Below the pieces are notes generated by a model that saw nothing but the letters and a program-made list of their open reading frames with translations, was not told the DNA's origin and searched no databases. Shown here piece after piece: positions 31,337 to 41,444 of a DNA stretch of 64,000 bases. Position numbers and translations under genes: made by a program. Numbering within the stretch: the first letter of the stretch is position 1; every line of letters begins with the position of its first letter. This DNA is from Acidimicrobiia bacterium (GTDB lineage: Bacteria > Actinomycetota > Acidimicrobiia > Spongiisociales > ZC4RG35), in NCBI GenBank assembly GCA_040880725.1, contig JBBDHV010000039.1, positions 6,481 through 70,480 of the forward strand, read 5' to 3'.

Positions 31337-32787
31337 GGCGTGGACCTCGCTCCCGCCGCCCCCACGATGGAGAACGGCCCACCGTCACCGAGCCGGGTGC
31401 GGCCCAACAGCCACACGGCCCGACGGGTGTACAGCCGAACCACGATGAGGTCGAGAACCGTCGCAATCCCCAAGGCGAGGGCGAACCCGCGCACCGCGCC
31501 GACGGCGAGGAGATACAGCAAGGTGGCTCCGAGCAGTGAGACCGTGTCGGCGGTGAGGATCGTTCGGAAGGCACCCTTGAAGGCGTCGGTCACCGCCGTT
31601 TCCACGTCCGCGCCGGCCCGGATCTCGTCTTTGACGCGTTCGAAGTAGACGATGTAGGAGTCAGCGGTGATTCCGACCGCGACGATGATGCCGGTCACCC
31701 CGGCAAGTGTCAGTGTCAATCCGAAGCTCTCGAGTGCACCGAGCGCCGAGAAGATGCCGATGAGGAGCGAACCGAACACCGTGAGCCCGACCAGGGCGAC
31801 GAGGCCGAGTGCCCGGTAGTAGGCCACGAGGAGGATCGCGACGAGGATCAGCCCGGCACCTCCCGCCCACAGGCCGAGTTCCAGCGAGTCGGTACCGAGG
31901 GATGCGGAGACCTTCGAGACCGAGGATCGTTCGAACGAGACCGGGAGTGACCCGTATCGCAGCACGACGCCGAGATCCTGGGCTTCCTGTTCGGCATCGG
32001 GTGACGCGCCGAGCGTGATCGAGGCTTGTCCGCCGGTGATGCCGGTGCCGGGGTCGACATCGAGATTGACTTCGGGTGCGGCGAGAATCTCTCCGTCGAG
32101 GACGATCGCGATCTGCCGGCGCGGGTCACCTGGCGGGTAGGTCGCTGCCTCGCCGGTGAGGTCGGCAAAGATGTCTCCCCCGTCGCCGGTCAGGCCCAGC
32201 GACACGCTCCACTGCGCTCCCGCGGTGTTGAAGCCGGGGATGGCGGACGAGACGTCGCTCCCGAGCAACTCTGCGGGACCGAGATGGAGGACCGTGAACG
32301 TGGCGCCGCCGGTGAGAGGGCTGGTGCGCTCATACCGCAGATACGACTCGGTCGTCAGGTCGTCGTCGATGGTGAGTCCTGTGACCGGATCGACCCCGTC
32401 AGGTGCCTCGTCGCCCGTCAGCGGCCCGGTCTCCCCCGGTGTTTCGCCGAGGACCGGACGGAAGCTCAGTTGGCCGGTCTGGCCGATGGCGTCGAGAGCG
32501 CGCCGCTCGTCTTCGACCCCTGGCAACTGGACGACGACCGTGTTGGCGCCGGAGATCGCGATCTCGGGCTCTTGTACGCCGCCGATGTCTTCGATGCGGT
32601 TTCGCATCACCTCGACGGCGACTTCCAGGACTTCCTCGTCGGTGTCCGGGGGTGCGGTGAGGACGACGGATGTGCCGCCCTGGAGGTCGAGCCCGAGACG
32701 GGGTGTGATGCCTGCGGCGGTCAGCGCACCGAGCCCGCCCCAAGCCAGGGCGAGCACGATGAAGAGACCGACGAGGCGACGGCCCAT
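31333..32787 (-). CDS. secD: Protein translocase subunit SecD
   Basis: 484 aa SecD with a large periplasmic domain and the conserved C-terminal TM bundle. Confidence 0.9.
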   Translation of the reverse strand: MGRRLVGLFIVLALAWGGLGALTAAGITPRLGLDLQGGTSVVLTAPPDTDEEVLEVAVEVMRNRIEDIGGVQEPEIAISGANTVVVQLPGVEDERRALDAIGQTGQLSFRPVLGETPGETGPLTGDEAPDGVDPVTGLTIDDDLTTESYLRYERTSPLTGGATFTVLHLGPAELLGSDVSSAIPGFNTAGAQWSVSLGLTGDGGDIFADLTGEAATYPPGDPRRQIAIVLDGEILAAPEVNLDVDPGTGITGGQASITLGASPDAEQEAQDLGVVLRYGSLPVSFERSSVSKVSASLGTDSLELGLWAGGAGLILVAILLVAYYRALGLVALVGLTVFGSLLIGIFSALGALESFGLTLTLAGVTGIIVAVGITADSYIVYFERVKDEIRAGADVETAVTDAFKGAFRTILTADTVSLLGATLLYLLAVGAVRGFALALGIATVLDLIVVRLYTRRAVWLLGRTRLGDGGPFSIVGAAGARSTP

Positions 32788-32789
32788 CC

Positions 32790-33089
32790 TCAGACTTCAG
32801 CGCCGCTGCGCGATGCGATCGCCCTGCGGGCGAAGCGGAGCCGGCCGGTCTCGACCTCGATCACGACCGAGTCGTCGTCGATTTCGACGACACGACCCAT
32901 GATTCCGCCGATGGTCTGGACCTCGTCGCCGACGGCGAGGGCACTTTGGATGGCTTCGGTCTGCTTCTTGCGCTTCCGCTGGGGAAGGATGAAAAGCACC
33001 ACGAAGGCACCGAGCATGAGAAGGAGGAACAACGACGATCCGCCTGCGGATGTCGTTCCTTCCTGAGCGAGCACGATCATTTCGGACAC
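32790..33089 (-). CDS. yajC: Preprotein translocase subunit YajC
   Basis: 99 aa, single TM, YajC motif FVVLFILPQRKRKK. Confidence 0.85.
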   Translation of the reverse strand: MSEMIVLAQEGTTSAGGSSLFLLLMLGAFVVLFILPQRKRKKQTEAIQSALAVGDEVQTIGGIMGRVVEIDDDSVVIEVETGRLRFARRAIASRSGAEV

Positions 33090-33134
33090 GATGAGACAAC
33101 TCCTGGTCCCGGGGGAACGGCGAGATTACCCGTC

Positions 33135-34247
33135 TCAGCCCGGGACACCATTCGCGCGCCGTTCGATGACGGTGTGATGATGATCTGTGAAAGTCCCCGC
33201 CGCTATCGCGGCACGGGTCTGGGCCATCAACCCCAGCGTGTAGGCGAGATTGTGGATCGACAGGAGCCGGAACACCGAGAGCTCTTTGGTGGACAGCAGA
33301 TGACGGAGATAGCTCCGGCTGACCTGGGAACACGCGAGGCAGGTGCACTCGTCGTGGAGGGGCCGCGGGTCGGCGCGGTACTCGGACCGCCGGAGGTTGA
33401 AGTCGCCGTCCGGGGTGAGCACCCGCCCGTGACGGGCGAGACGGGTCGGCCAGACGCAGTCGAACAGGTCACATCCCCGGGCGACCGCGGCGAGGACTCC
33501 CTCGGCATCGCCGAGGCCCATCACATACCGGACCCGGTCGGCGGGCAGCTCGGGCACCCCGGCCTCCAGCGCCAGATCCCGTTCCTCGGGGCTTTCGCCT
33601 ACCGACAACCCGCCGATGGCGTACCCGTCGAAGTCCAGCGCGGCGGTCTCTCGGGCGCTCCAGACGCGAAGATCAGGATCGGTTCCCCCCTGCACGATGC
33701 CGAAGAGCGCCTGATCAGGATTGGTGTGGACGTCCCGGCAGCGTTGCGCCCACCGCAGCGTCTGCTCGAGTGCCGCCTGCACGGCTTCCCGGGCAGCGGG
33801 CAGCCCGATGAGCACGTCGAGCACCATTGCCACGTCGGCACCGAGCAGCTGCTGGACCCGCATCGCCTCCTCCGGCGACAGGCGCACTTCGGACCCGTCG
33901 TAGGTCGATCGGAACACCGCCTCTTCTTCGGTGACCGTCGGATCCAACGAGAAGATCTGATAGCCGCCCGAGTCCGTGAGCGTCGGTCCGTTCCACCCCT
34001 GGAACGCGCCGAGACCCCCCATCGCCGCCACGGTCTCCGCACCCGGCCGCAGCATCAAGTGATACGTGTTGGACAGCACCATCTGGGCCCCCACCCCCGC
34101 CAGGTCCGTCGAGTCGAGCCCTTTCACCGCCCCCCGGGTCCCCACCGGCATGAACGCCGGCGTCTCCACCACCCCATGGGTGAGTTCCACGCTGCCTGCC
34201 CGCGCGTTCCCATCATTGGCGGTGACGACGAGTTCCGCGGTTCTCAC
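33135..34247 (-). CDS. tgt: Queuine tRNA-ribosyltransferase
   Basis: VETPAFMPVGTRGAVKG motif and the zinc site CxCxxC...H (CTCLACSQVSRSYLRHL). The start is assigned to the GTG just 3' of the repeat array. The ORF-track extension to 34532 reads through the tandem G-rich repeats and gives a repetitive PSGGCRGVAPPHNQ peptide. Confidence 0.85.
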   Translation of the reverse strand: MRTAELVVTANDGNARAGSVELTHGVVETPAFMPVGTRGAVKGLDSTDLAGVGAQMVLSNTYHLMLRPGAETVAAMGGLGAFQGWNGPTLTDSGGYQIFSLDPTVTEEEAVFRSTYDGSEVRLSPEEAMRVQQLLGADVAMVLDVLIGLPAAREAVQAALEQTLRWAQRCRDVHTNPDQALFGIVQGGTDPDLRVWSARETAALDFDGYAIGGLSVGESPEERDLALEAGVPELPADRVRYVMGLGDAEGVLAAVARGCDLFDCVWPTRLARHGRVLTPDGDFNLRRSEYRADPRPLHDECTCLACSQVSRSYLRHLLSTKELSVFRLLSIHNLAYTLGLMAQTRAAIAAGTFTDHHHTVIERRANGVPG

Positions 34248-34249
34248 TG

Positions 34250-34500
34250 TTTGATTGTGCGGGGGGGCGACCCCCCTGCACCCCCCGGACGGCGCGGCTG
34301 CCCTCGTCGGCTCACCGGGGGTCGCGCTCGATGACTCATGACGGTGGGTGGTCGCGGAGGTTTGGGTCGCTGCTTGATTGTGCGGGGGGGCGACCCCCCT
34401 GCACCCCCCGGACGGCTTGATTGTGCGGGGGGCGACCCCCCGGCACCCCCCGGACGGCGCGGCTGCCCTCGTCGGCTCACCGGGGGTCGCGCCCTGTGAC
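34250..34500. repeat. Tandem array of three copies of a palindromic G7-CGA-C6 hairpin repeat unit of about 105 bp. Copies one and three are full-length; the middle copy is truncated to about 42 bp.
   Basis: The core TTGATTGTGCGGGGGGGCGACCCCCCTGCACCCCCCGGACGG recurs at about 34250, 34376 and 34418. Copies 1 and 3 extend to ...CGCGGCTGCCCTCGTCGGCTCACCGGGGGTCGCG...GACTCAT(GA)C. Confidence 0.65.
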
Positions 34501-34583
34501 TCATCGTCTGGTCTGACGCGGGTGAGGACCACGGTGGGCGAAGCTGCGGGTTTGGCTGGCCACGCGACTCAGGAACTCTCCCG

Positions 34584-35586
34584 TCATGACTGGCGCTCGC
34601 AGAGCATGGCGTCTCCGAAGCTGAGGAAGCGGTAGCCGCGGGCGAGCGCCGTGTCGTAGGCGGTCTTCCATTCAGGTCCCATGAAGGCGGCGAGCATCAC
34701 GAGGAGCGACGATCCGGGGACGTGGAAGTTGGTGACGAGTACATCGACGACCCGGAAGGTACTCCCTGGCCGGAGGAACAGGTCGGTCTCGGTCTCGCCG
34801 GCGTCGACGGTTCCGTCGTCACGGGCGAAGGTTTCGAGGGTTCGGACCGTCGTCGTTCCCACAGCCACGACACGGCCGCCTCGCTGCCGGGTGTCGGCGA
34901 TGGCGTCCGCCGTCTCGTCGATGATCCTGCAGCGTTCGCGATGCATCACGTGGTCTTCGATGCGGTCGGCGGTGATCGGTCGAAACGTGCCGATCCCGAC
35001 TTCGAGTTCGACGGCGGCCCGCCGGATTCCCCGCTGCTGGAGACTGGCGAGCACCGCCGGGGTGAAGTGCAGTCCGGCGGTGGGTGCGGCGGCCGAACCG
35101 ACCCGGTCGGCATAGACCGTCTGATATCGCTCGGGGTCGTCGAGTTCTTCGGTGATGTACGGCGGGAGGGGCACCGTGCCGATCTCCTCGAGGTGGCGTT
35201 CGTCGTTGAACTCGACGGCCACCACGCCGTCGTCGGGGCCTTCGATGATGACCGCCTGGACCTCCCCGAAAGTGATGACGACTCCGGGACGCATCCTCCG
35301 GGCAGGCGACACCAGCGCCGTCCAGCCCCCCTGTGCTCGCCTCGAGAGCAACAGCAGCTCCACAGACCCGCCGGTGCCGTGTTTGGTTCCCCGCCAGCCG
35401 CGCTCGCCGCACGCGTGTCGTATTGACGACGACGAGGTCATCGGGGTCGAGCAGGGATGCCAGCGCCGAGAACTCGTGGTCAGCCAGATCCCGGGTGTCC
35501 AGCAGCCGGGCCGAGTCGCGCGGTTCGGCGGGATGTTGGGCGATGGACGCCGGCGCCAGATCGTACTGGAACTCCGACAGCTCCAT
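34584..35586 (-). pseudogene. queA: S-adenosylmethionine:tRNA ribosyltransferase-isomerase QueA with a single frameshift
   Basis: The N-terminal 66 aa ([29 protein letters not shown]...VVVNTTRVRRARLAG) are in one frame. The rest (GTKHGTGGSVELLLL...TNFHVPGSSLLVMLAAF...FLSFGDAML) is in the +1 frame. The switch is near 35385, around GGGGAACC. Both parts align colinearly with E. coli QueA. Confidence 0.7.
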
Positions 35587-36611
35587 CAGAGGTCGAAGGT
35601 GGGCTGTCCCGAGGCGGGGGGCTCCAGTCCGAGGTGGCGGTAGGCGCCGGCCGTCGCCACTCGCCCGCGGGCGGTGCGCTGGATCAGCCCCAGCTGCAGC
35701 AGAAAAGGCTCGTAGGCATCTTCGACGGTCTCGCGCTCTTCGCCCACGGCGATGGCCAGGGTGCTCAAGCCCACCGGGCCGCCGGAGAAGCGGTTCACGA
35801 CGGCATCCAGTATCGCCCGGTCGACCTTGTCGAGCCCGAGGTGGTCGATCTCATAGACCGCGAGTGCTTCGTCGGCGACCCCTTCGTGCACGATGCCGTT
35901 GCCGCGGGCCACGGCGTAGTCGTGCACGCGTGCGAGGAGCCGGTTGGCGATGCGTGCGGTCCCTCGGCTGCGGCGGGCGATGGCTTTGGCGCCGGCGTCG
36001 TCGACGTCCGCTCCCAGGATCGAGGCGGACCGACGCACGATCTTCTCGAGGTCGTCGGCGGTGTAGTAGTCGATGCGTTCGACCAACCCGAAGCGGTCGC
36101 GCAGCGGGGCGGACACGGTGCCGATCCGGGTGGTCGCTCCCACGAGGGTGAAGGGGGGAACGTCGAGCCGGATGGAACTCGCCGCCGGGCCTTTTCCGAG
36201 CACGATGTCGAGTTCGAAGTCTTCCATTGCCGGGTACAGCACTTCTTCGACCTGCCGTGGCACCCGATGAATTTCGTCGATGAAAAAGACGTCGCCGGGT
36301 CCGAGGTTCGACAGGATGGCGGCCAGGTCGCCGGGTCGTTCCAGGGCCGGCCCCGAGGTCTTGGAGATCGAGGCACCGAGTTCCTGGGCGATGATCCAGG
36401 CGAGCGACGTCTTTCCGAGTCCGGGCGGGCCGGAGAGGAGCACATGGTCGAGCGGCTTGGAGAGGGCGCGTGCGGCTTCCACCGAGATACGGATCCGCTC
36501 TTTGACCATCTCCTGGCCGATGAACTCGTCGAGGGTCCGAGGGCGGAGGGTGATCTCGAATGGGTCGTCGATCGGATCGACGGACACGCCGAGGAGGCCT
36601 TCTTCTCTCAT
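35586..36611 (-). CDS. ruvB: Holliday junction branch migration ATPase RuvB
   Basis: Walker [10 protein letters not shown] plus AAA+ and winged-helix domains. Confidence 0.95.
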   Translation of the reverse strand: MREEGLLGVSVDPIDDPFEITLRPRTLDEFIGQEMVKERIRISVEAARALSKPLDHVLLSGPPGLGKTSLAWIIAQELGASISKTSGPALERPGDLAAILSNLGPGDVFFIDEIHRVPRQVEEVLYPAMEDFELDIVLGKGPAASSIRLDVPPFTLVGATTRIGTVSAPLRDRFGLVERIDYYTADDLEKIVRRSASILGADVDDAGAKAIARRSRGTARIANRLLARVHDYAVARGNGIVHEGVADEALAVYEIDHLGLDKVDRAILDAVVNRFSGGPVGLSTLAIAVGEERETVEDAYEPFLLQLGLIQRTARGRVATAGAYRHLGLEPPASGQPTFDL

Positions 36612-36621
36612 GGGGCTGCCG

Positions 36622-37185
36622 TCACCTTCCGAGAAGCTTCAGTGCGGTGCGGATTTGTTCGGTCACGGGCGCCTCGGAATCGATTCCTGCCATCGCTTCT
36701 CTGATCTCCGCGACGGAGTATCCCAACTGCTCGAGCGCTTGCCGAACTTGGCTTCCGGTGGACTCGGTCATGTCGGCTTCCATGTCCACCAACCGCGGCT
36801 TGAGGTCGAGCACGATCCGCTGCGCGGTGCGCTTGCCGATCCCCGGGACCTGGGTGAGGGCGTCGACGTCCTCGGACGCGATCGCGCGGCGGAGGGCTTC
36901 GGGCGAGAACACGCCGAGGATCCCGAGTGCGACCCGCGGTCCGACGCCTTGGGCGCCGAGGAGCACCCGAAAGAGGTCCCGCTCCGGGCCGTTGGCGAAT
37001 CCGTAGAGCACGAGAGCGTCATCACGGACGTGGAGATGTGTCGCCACCGTTGCTTCGTCACCGACCTGGCCGACACCCGTGGCGGTCTTCGGCGTCACAT
37101 GCAACTCGTATCCGACCCCGCCCACGTCGAGGATCAGTCGGTCGGCATCGATCGCTGCCACGTGGCCTCGGAGTCGGCCGATCAT
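36622..37185 (-). CDS. ruvA: Holliday junction DNA-binding protein RuvA
   Basis: MIGRLRG...[10 protein letters not shown] fold plus HhH motifs. The start at the internal ATG overlaps the ruvC stop. Confidence 0.9.
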   Translation of the reverse strand: MIGRLRGHVAAIDADRLILDVGGVGYELHVTPKTATGVGQVGDEATVATHLHVRDDALVLYGFANGPERDLFRVLLGAQGVGPRVALGILGVFSPEALRRAIASEDVDALTQVPGIGKRTAQRIVLDLKPRLVDMEADMTESTGSQVRQALEQLGYSVAEIREAMAGIDSEAPVTEQIRTALKLLGR

Positions 37186-37670
37186 CAACGGGTCCCCGCG
37201 GGAAGGCGGATGCTCTGCAGGTGACACATTGCGATCGCGAGGGCATCAGCCACGTCTGCGGGGCCTTCCACCCCCGGGAGGGAAAGTCGTCGCGCCACCA
37301 TCGCGGCCACCGCGGTCTTGGCGGCGGCGCCGTCGCCGGTCACTGCGAGTTTCACCTGGTTGGGGCTGTATTCGGCCACGTCCAGGCCCGCCCTGGCGGC
37401 GGTGAGCAGCACGACACCGGATGCCCGTCCGACGGCGATGGCGGTCTGTCGGTTGCGGTTGGTGAAGACACGTTCGATGGCCGCAACGTCTGGTTCGTGT
37501 TCTGCGATGACCGCCGCGAGGTCCCGTTCGAGTTCGAGGAGCCGGGCCGCCATCGGTTGGGCGGGGTCGGTGCGGATGACTCCGGCGGCGACGGCTTCGA
37601 GGCCGCGTCCGCGTCGCACCAGCCCGTAGCCGGTGCGGGTCAATCCGGGGTCGATTCCGAGTACGAACAT
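37185..37670 (-). CDS. ruvC: Crossover junction endodeoxyribonuclease RuvC
   Basis: MFVLGIDPGLTRTGYG, RNase H-like fold with the catalytic Asp. Confidence 0.9.
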   Translation of the reverse strand: MFVLGIDPGLTRTGYGLVRRGRGLEAVAAGVIRTDPAQPMAARLLELERDLAAVIAEHEPDVAAIERVFTNRNRQTAIAVGRASGVVLLTAARAGLDVAEYSPNQVKLAVTGDGAAAKTAVAAMVARRLSLPGVEGPADVADALAIAMCHLQSIRLPAGTR

Positions 37671-37720
37671 GTGTACGACAGGCTAGATGCGATGTGCGAC
37701 AGTTCCGTGTCACCATCGCG

Positions 37721-38152
37721 TCAGCCGGCGATCATCGCCGCCAGGGCTGCCAGCCACAGCACGTTCTCGAGGTGGAACATCCGGGAGAAGCGCCGCCCGT
37801 ACGCAGCCGCGACGTCGGTTTCCCCGCGGCCGACGGCGGCGGTCAGTCCGTCCCAGGCCGGTCGGGCTGCCGTTGCGCCGAGCACGATCGCTCCGATCGC
37901 TGCGAGGATGCCGACTCCGAGAAGGGTGCTGGACGACCACCCGGCGTTCCACAGCAGTCCGATCCCGCTCAGGACCGTGAGGACGGCTGCTCCGATACCG
38001 AGCCGAGCGCTCGTCGTAAGGCGTTGCACCATCGCCGTCGCCGCTTCTCCCCCGACGCCGAGGCACACGCGAATGTCCCGCGGGATTGGCAGCTTGTGCC
38101 CGAACCACGCGGCGGCACTGGCGACGTGAACCACGAGCAGCACGGTCTTCAT
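37721..38152 (-). CDS. Hypothetical integral membrane protein (143 aa)
   Basis: Four predicted hydrophobic helices. Position conserved between ruvC and yebC. Confidence 0.5.
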   Translation of the reverse strand: MKTVLLVVHVASAAAWFGHKLPIPRDIRVCLGVGGEAATAMVQRLTTSARLGIGAAVLTVLSGIGLLWNAGWSSSTLLGVGILAAIGAIVLGATAARPAWDGLTAAVGRGETDVAAAYGRRFSRMFHLENVLWLAALAAMIAG

Positions 38153-38171
38153 CCGCGTGAATCAAGTCCCC

Positions 38172-38915
38172 TCAGCCGACGAGTGTCTCCATGATCTCGT
38201 CGGAGACGTCGAAGTTGGCAAAGACCTCTTGGACGTCGTCGAGGTCTTCGAGGGCGTCGATGAGCCGAAAGATCTTGGCCGCACCGTCGGCGTCGACGGC
38301 GATCGTGGTGGACGGCAATTGTGTGACATCGGCGGATTCCACGTCGACACCCGCCGCTTCCAGGCCGGCGCGAACGTCGGAGATGGCCGACGGGGACATC
38401 TCGATCTCGAAGCTGTCCCCCGACTCCCGCACATCGTCGGCACCGGAGTCCAACGCGACGAGCAGCACCGTTTCTTCGTCTCCCCGAGCCACGATCAGTC
38501 CTCGCTGGTTGAACAGATAGCCGACGGAGCCGGGCTCACCGAGGTTCCCGTTGTTGCGGGTCATGGTCGAACGCACATCCGAGGCCGCCCGGTTGCGATT
38601 GTCGGTCAGCACATGGATGTAGATCGCCACCCCGCCGGGGCCGTACCCCTCGTACCAGGTCTCTTCGTACGAGACCGCGTCACCGCCCTCGCCCGAGCCC
38701 CGCTTGACGGCCCGGTCGATGTTGTCGTTCGGCATCGACGCCGCTTTCGCCTTGGCGATGGCGTTGGCGAGGCTGATGTTCATCGTGGGGTCGCCGCCAC
38801 CTTCGCGGGCGGTCTGTTCGATCGCCCGGGCCAGTTTGGCGAACAGTTTGCCCCGCGCCGCGTCCTGGCGGCCCTTGCGGTGCTTGATGTTCGCCCATTT
38901 GGAATGTCCGGCCAT
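38172..38915 (-). CDS. yebC: YebC/PmpR family DNA-binding transcriptional regulator
   Basis: MAGHSKWANIKHRKGRQDAARGKLFAKL, the canonical YebC N-terminus. The upstream ORF-track extension (to 39257) is Arg-rich and overlaps pdxT. Confidence 0.9.
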   Translation of the reverse strand: MAGHSKWANIKHRKGRQDAARGKLFAKLARAIEQTAREGGGDPTMNISLANAIAKAKAASMPNDNIDRAVKRGSGEGGDAVSYEETWYEGYGPGGVAIYIHVLTDNRNRAASDVRSTMTRNNGNLGEPGSVGYLFNQRGLIVARGDEETVLLVALDSGADDVRESGDSFEIEMSPSAISDVRAGLEAAGVDVESADVTQLPSTTIAVDADGAAKIFRLIDALEDLDDVQEVFANFDVSDEIMETLVG

Positions 38916-38926
38916 GCAGTCCTCGT

Positions 38927-39490
38927 CTAGGTCAAGTCCAGCAGCATCTGGTGGATGCGGGTGTCTTCGGTCAGTTCGGGATGAAAGGAGGTACCGAGAA
39001 TGGTGCCCTGCTGCACCATCACCGGGTGCTCGTCGACGGTGGCAAGGACGTCGACCGAACTCCCCACCTTTGCCACCCAGGGGGCACGGATGAAGACGGC
39101 GTGGAAGGGAGCGTCGAGACCGTCGATGTCGATGTCGGCTTCGAACGAATCGTTCTGGCGTCCGAACGCGTTGCGCTGGACGACGACGTCGAGCACTCCC
39201 AGCAGGTGCTGATCGCCTTCGGTCACCGCAGAGGCTGCGAAGATCAGCCCCGCACAACTGCCATAGGTCGGAAGACCGTCGGCGATGATTCGCCGGAGCG
39301 GATCGAAGAGTCCCCAGCGCACGGCCAGTTTGCCGATGGTGGTGGATTCGCCTCCGGGCATGATGAGCGCGTCGATCCCGTCGAGATGTTCCGGAAGGCG
39401 CACCGCGCGGCCCTCGGCGCCGAGTTCCCGCACCACTGCCAGGTGTTCTCGAAAGTCTCCCTGGAGCGCGAGGACGCCGACGACCGGCAT
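38927..39490 (-). CDS. pdxT: Pyridoxal 5'-phosphate synthase glutaminase subunit PdxT
   Basis: Class I glutamine amidotransferase with a catalytic Cys (YGSCAGLI). Confidence 0.9.
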   Translation of the reverse strand: MPVVGVLALQGDFREHLAVVRELGAEGRAVRLPEHLDGIDALIMPGGESTTIGKLAVRWGLFDPLRRIIADGLPTYGSCAGLIFAASAVTEGDQHLLGVLDVVVQRNAFGRQNDSFEADIDIDGLDAPFHAVFIRAPWVAKVGSSVDVLATVDEHPVMVQQGTILGTSFHPELTEDTRIHQMLLDLT

Positions 39491-39494
39491 CGGC

Positions 39495-40376
39495 TCACCA
39501 GCCTCTGCGGGCGAGCTGTTCGGACTCGGCCAGCGTGCTCATCTCGATGCCCGGCATGGCCTTGCCCAAGCCGGCCGAGACCTTGGCAACGATGTCGGCG
39601 CTCTCCCAGTTGGTGGTCGCGTCGACGATCGCTCGTGCGAAGAGCTCGGGGTTGGAGCTCTTGAAGATCCCCGACCCGACGAAGACCCCGTCGACGCCGA
39701 GCGCCATCATGAGCGCGGCATCGGACGGCGTGGCGATTCCGCCCGCGGCGAAGTTGACCACAGGGAGCTTCCCCGTCTCGGCGACTTCCTTGACGAGGGT
39801 GTAGGGCGCGGCCAAGTCCCGTGCTGCAGACATGAGCTGTTCGTCCCGCAGGGTGGCGAGCGTCTGGATGCCTGCGGTGATCTTGCGCATGTGGCGGACG
39901 GCCTCCACCACATTGCCTGTGCCGGCTTCACCCTTGGTGCGGATCATCGCCGCGCCTTCGCCGATGCGCCGCAGCGCCTCGCCGAGATCCTTGGCGCCAC
40001 AGACGAAGGGGGTGGTGAACGCCCACTTGTCGATGTGGTGGTCTTCGTCGGCGGGGGTGAGCACTTCGGACTCGTCGATGTAGTCGACGTCGAGCGCTTC
40101 GAGGACCCGGGCTTCGAGGAAATGCCCGATGCGTGCCTTGGCCATCACCGGGATCGAAACCGCCGCCTGGATCCCCTGGATCATCTCCGGATCGGACATG
40201 CGGGCCACTCCACCGTCCCGGCGGATGTCGGCCGGAACGCGCTCCAGCGCCATCACGGCGACCGCGCCGGCTTCTTCGGCGATCTTGGCCTCGTCGGGGG
40301 TGACCACATCCATGATCACGCCGCCCTTGAGCATGTCGGCAAGCCCTCGCTTGACCAGTTCAGTGCCTCGTTCCAC
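39495..40376 (-). CDS. pdxS: Pyridoxal 5'-phosphate synthase lyase subunit PdxS
   Basis: Highly conserved (beta/alpha)8 PdxS sequence ([21 protein letters not shown]...). Confidence 0.95.
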   Translation of the reverse strand: MERGTELVKRGLADMLKGGVIMDVVTPDEAKIAEEAGAVAVMALERVPADIRRDGGVARMSDPEMIQGIQAAVSIPVMAKARIGHFLEARVLEALDVDYIDESEVLTPADEDHHIDKWAFTTPFVCGAKDLGEALRRIGEGAAMIRTKGEAGTGNVVEAVRHMRKITAGIQTLATLRDEQLMSAARDLAAPYTLVKEVAETGKLPVVNFAAGGIATPSDAALMMALGVDGVFVGSGIFKSSNPELFARAIVDATTNWESADIVAKVSAGLGKAMPGIEMSTLAESEQLARRGW

Positions 40377-40424
40377 AGGAGCTCCTTTGCGTGAACCCGA
40401 ATGGTACCGCTGGCGACGAGGTGT

Positions 40425-41444
40425 TCATCCGACCGCACGTCGGTAGGCCTCGACGTAGCGGCCGGTCACCACCGACCAGTCGTATTCCGCAGCTTTCGCC
40501 CTGCCGGCCGCCCCGTGTCGACGTGCTGCGGCTTCTTCGGTCAGTAGCTCGATGACGGCGCGCGAGATGGCCGGAACGTCACCTACCGGCACGTGGACGC
40601 CTGCTCCGTCCATCACTGCGGTGAACGCAGGGAGATCCGAGGCCACCACGGCGCATCCGGCGGCCATGGCTTCGGCCACGACGATGCCGAAGCTCTCGCC
40701 GCCGGTGTTCGGGGCGACATGGACTGCCGAGGACGCGAGCACGTGTCGCTTCTCGGATTCGGTCACCCGTCCGACGAAACGCACCCCCGCGATCGGCGTA
40801 TCCCGTGCCGCCCCCATCACGACCAGTTCGGCGTCGCCCACGGTCGCCCGGATTTCCGGCCAGGCCGCCAGCAGCAGGTCGAGGCCTTTGCGGGGGTCGT
40901 CGCGCCCGAGGAACGTGACCCGGCGAGGATGGCGGGTCTCTTCGCTGACGTACGCGGCGACGTTCAGTGCGTTGGGAATGATCTCGACGGGACCCCATCG
41001 GGAGGGGAGTGCCGCCGCAGCCACGGATGACACTGCGGTGACGACGTGTCGGCCGAGGGGCATCGGACGTGCCAGCGCCCGGTATGCGGCCGATGCCCAC
41101 CAGGGCGCATCGGCGTGGAAGGTGAGCACTTTCGGGACCGGGACTCCGAGGGCGGAGGTCGACACCCGCGGGATGAGAGGCTCGTGGATGTGGACCACGT
41201 CTGCGCCTGCCAGCGCGGCCCGGGTCCTTGTTCCGACGCCGCGGCCCAGCGCCACAGGAACGACGGAGCGGTTGGCCCTGATCCGTGTCGTCGGTCCGAC
41301 GCTGCGTGCGCGGTCGCGCTCGCCCGGACCGACGAGCCAGGCGTCGTGGCCCGCATTGCCCAAACGTTCGACGAGTTCGATGGTGAGCTGTTGGACCCCG
41401 CCGGCCATGCCGAGGTCGTAGGGGCACACCACGGCAACCCTCAA
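40425..41444 (-). CDS. pimA: GT4 glycosyltransferase, phosphatidylinositol mannosyltransferase PimA-like
   Basis: GT-B fold with the E-x7-E motif region (GGESFGIVVAEAMAAG). Synteny pimA-acyltransferase-pgsA1 as Rv2610c-Rv2612c. Confidence 0.8.
   Translation of the reverse strand: MRVAVVCPYDLGMAGGVQQLTIELVERLGNAGHDAWLVGPGERDRARSVGPTTRIRANRSVVPVALGRGVGTRTRAALAGADVVHIHEPLIPRVSTSALGVPVPKVLTFHADAPWWASAAYRALARPMPLGRHVVTAVSSVAAAALPSRWGPVEIIPNALNVAAYVSEETRHPRRVTFLGRDDPRKGLDLLLAAWPEIRATVGDAELVVMGAARDTPIAGVRFVGRVTESEKRHVLASSAVHVAPNTGGESFGIVVAEAMAAGCAVVASDLPAFTAVMDGAGVHVPVGDVPAISRAVIELLTEEAAARRHGAAGRAKAAEYDWSVVTGRYVEAYRRAVG

Noticed and set aside
34250-34500. Possible CRISPR array
   Set aside because: The repeats are 42-105 bp with palindromic G-runs and directly abut each other or are separated by non-uniform segments. 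There are no regular spacers or cas genes, so this is a REP/MIRU-type array instead.
34248-34532. N-terminal about 95-aa extension of Tgt containing PSGGCRGVAPPHNQ x3
   Set aside because: It is a translation of the tandem G-hairpin DNA repeats. Tgt homology begins only after them, and the real start is placed at the GTG at 34247.
38916-39257. 114-codon Arg-rich N-terminal extension of yebC
   Set aside because: It overlaps pdxT. YebC homology starts exactly at MAGHSKWANIKH (38915).
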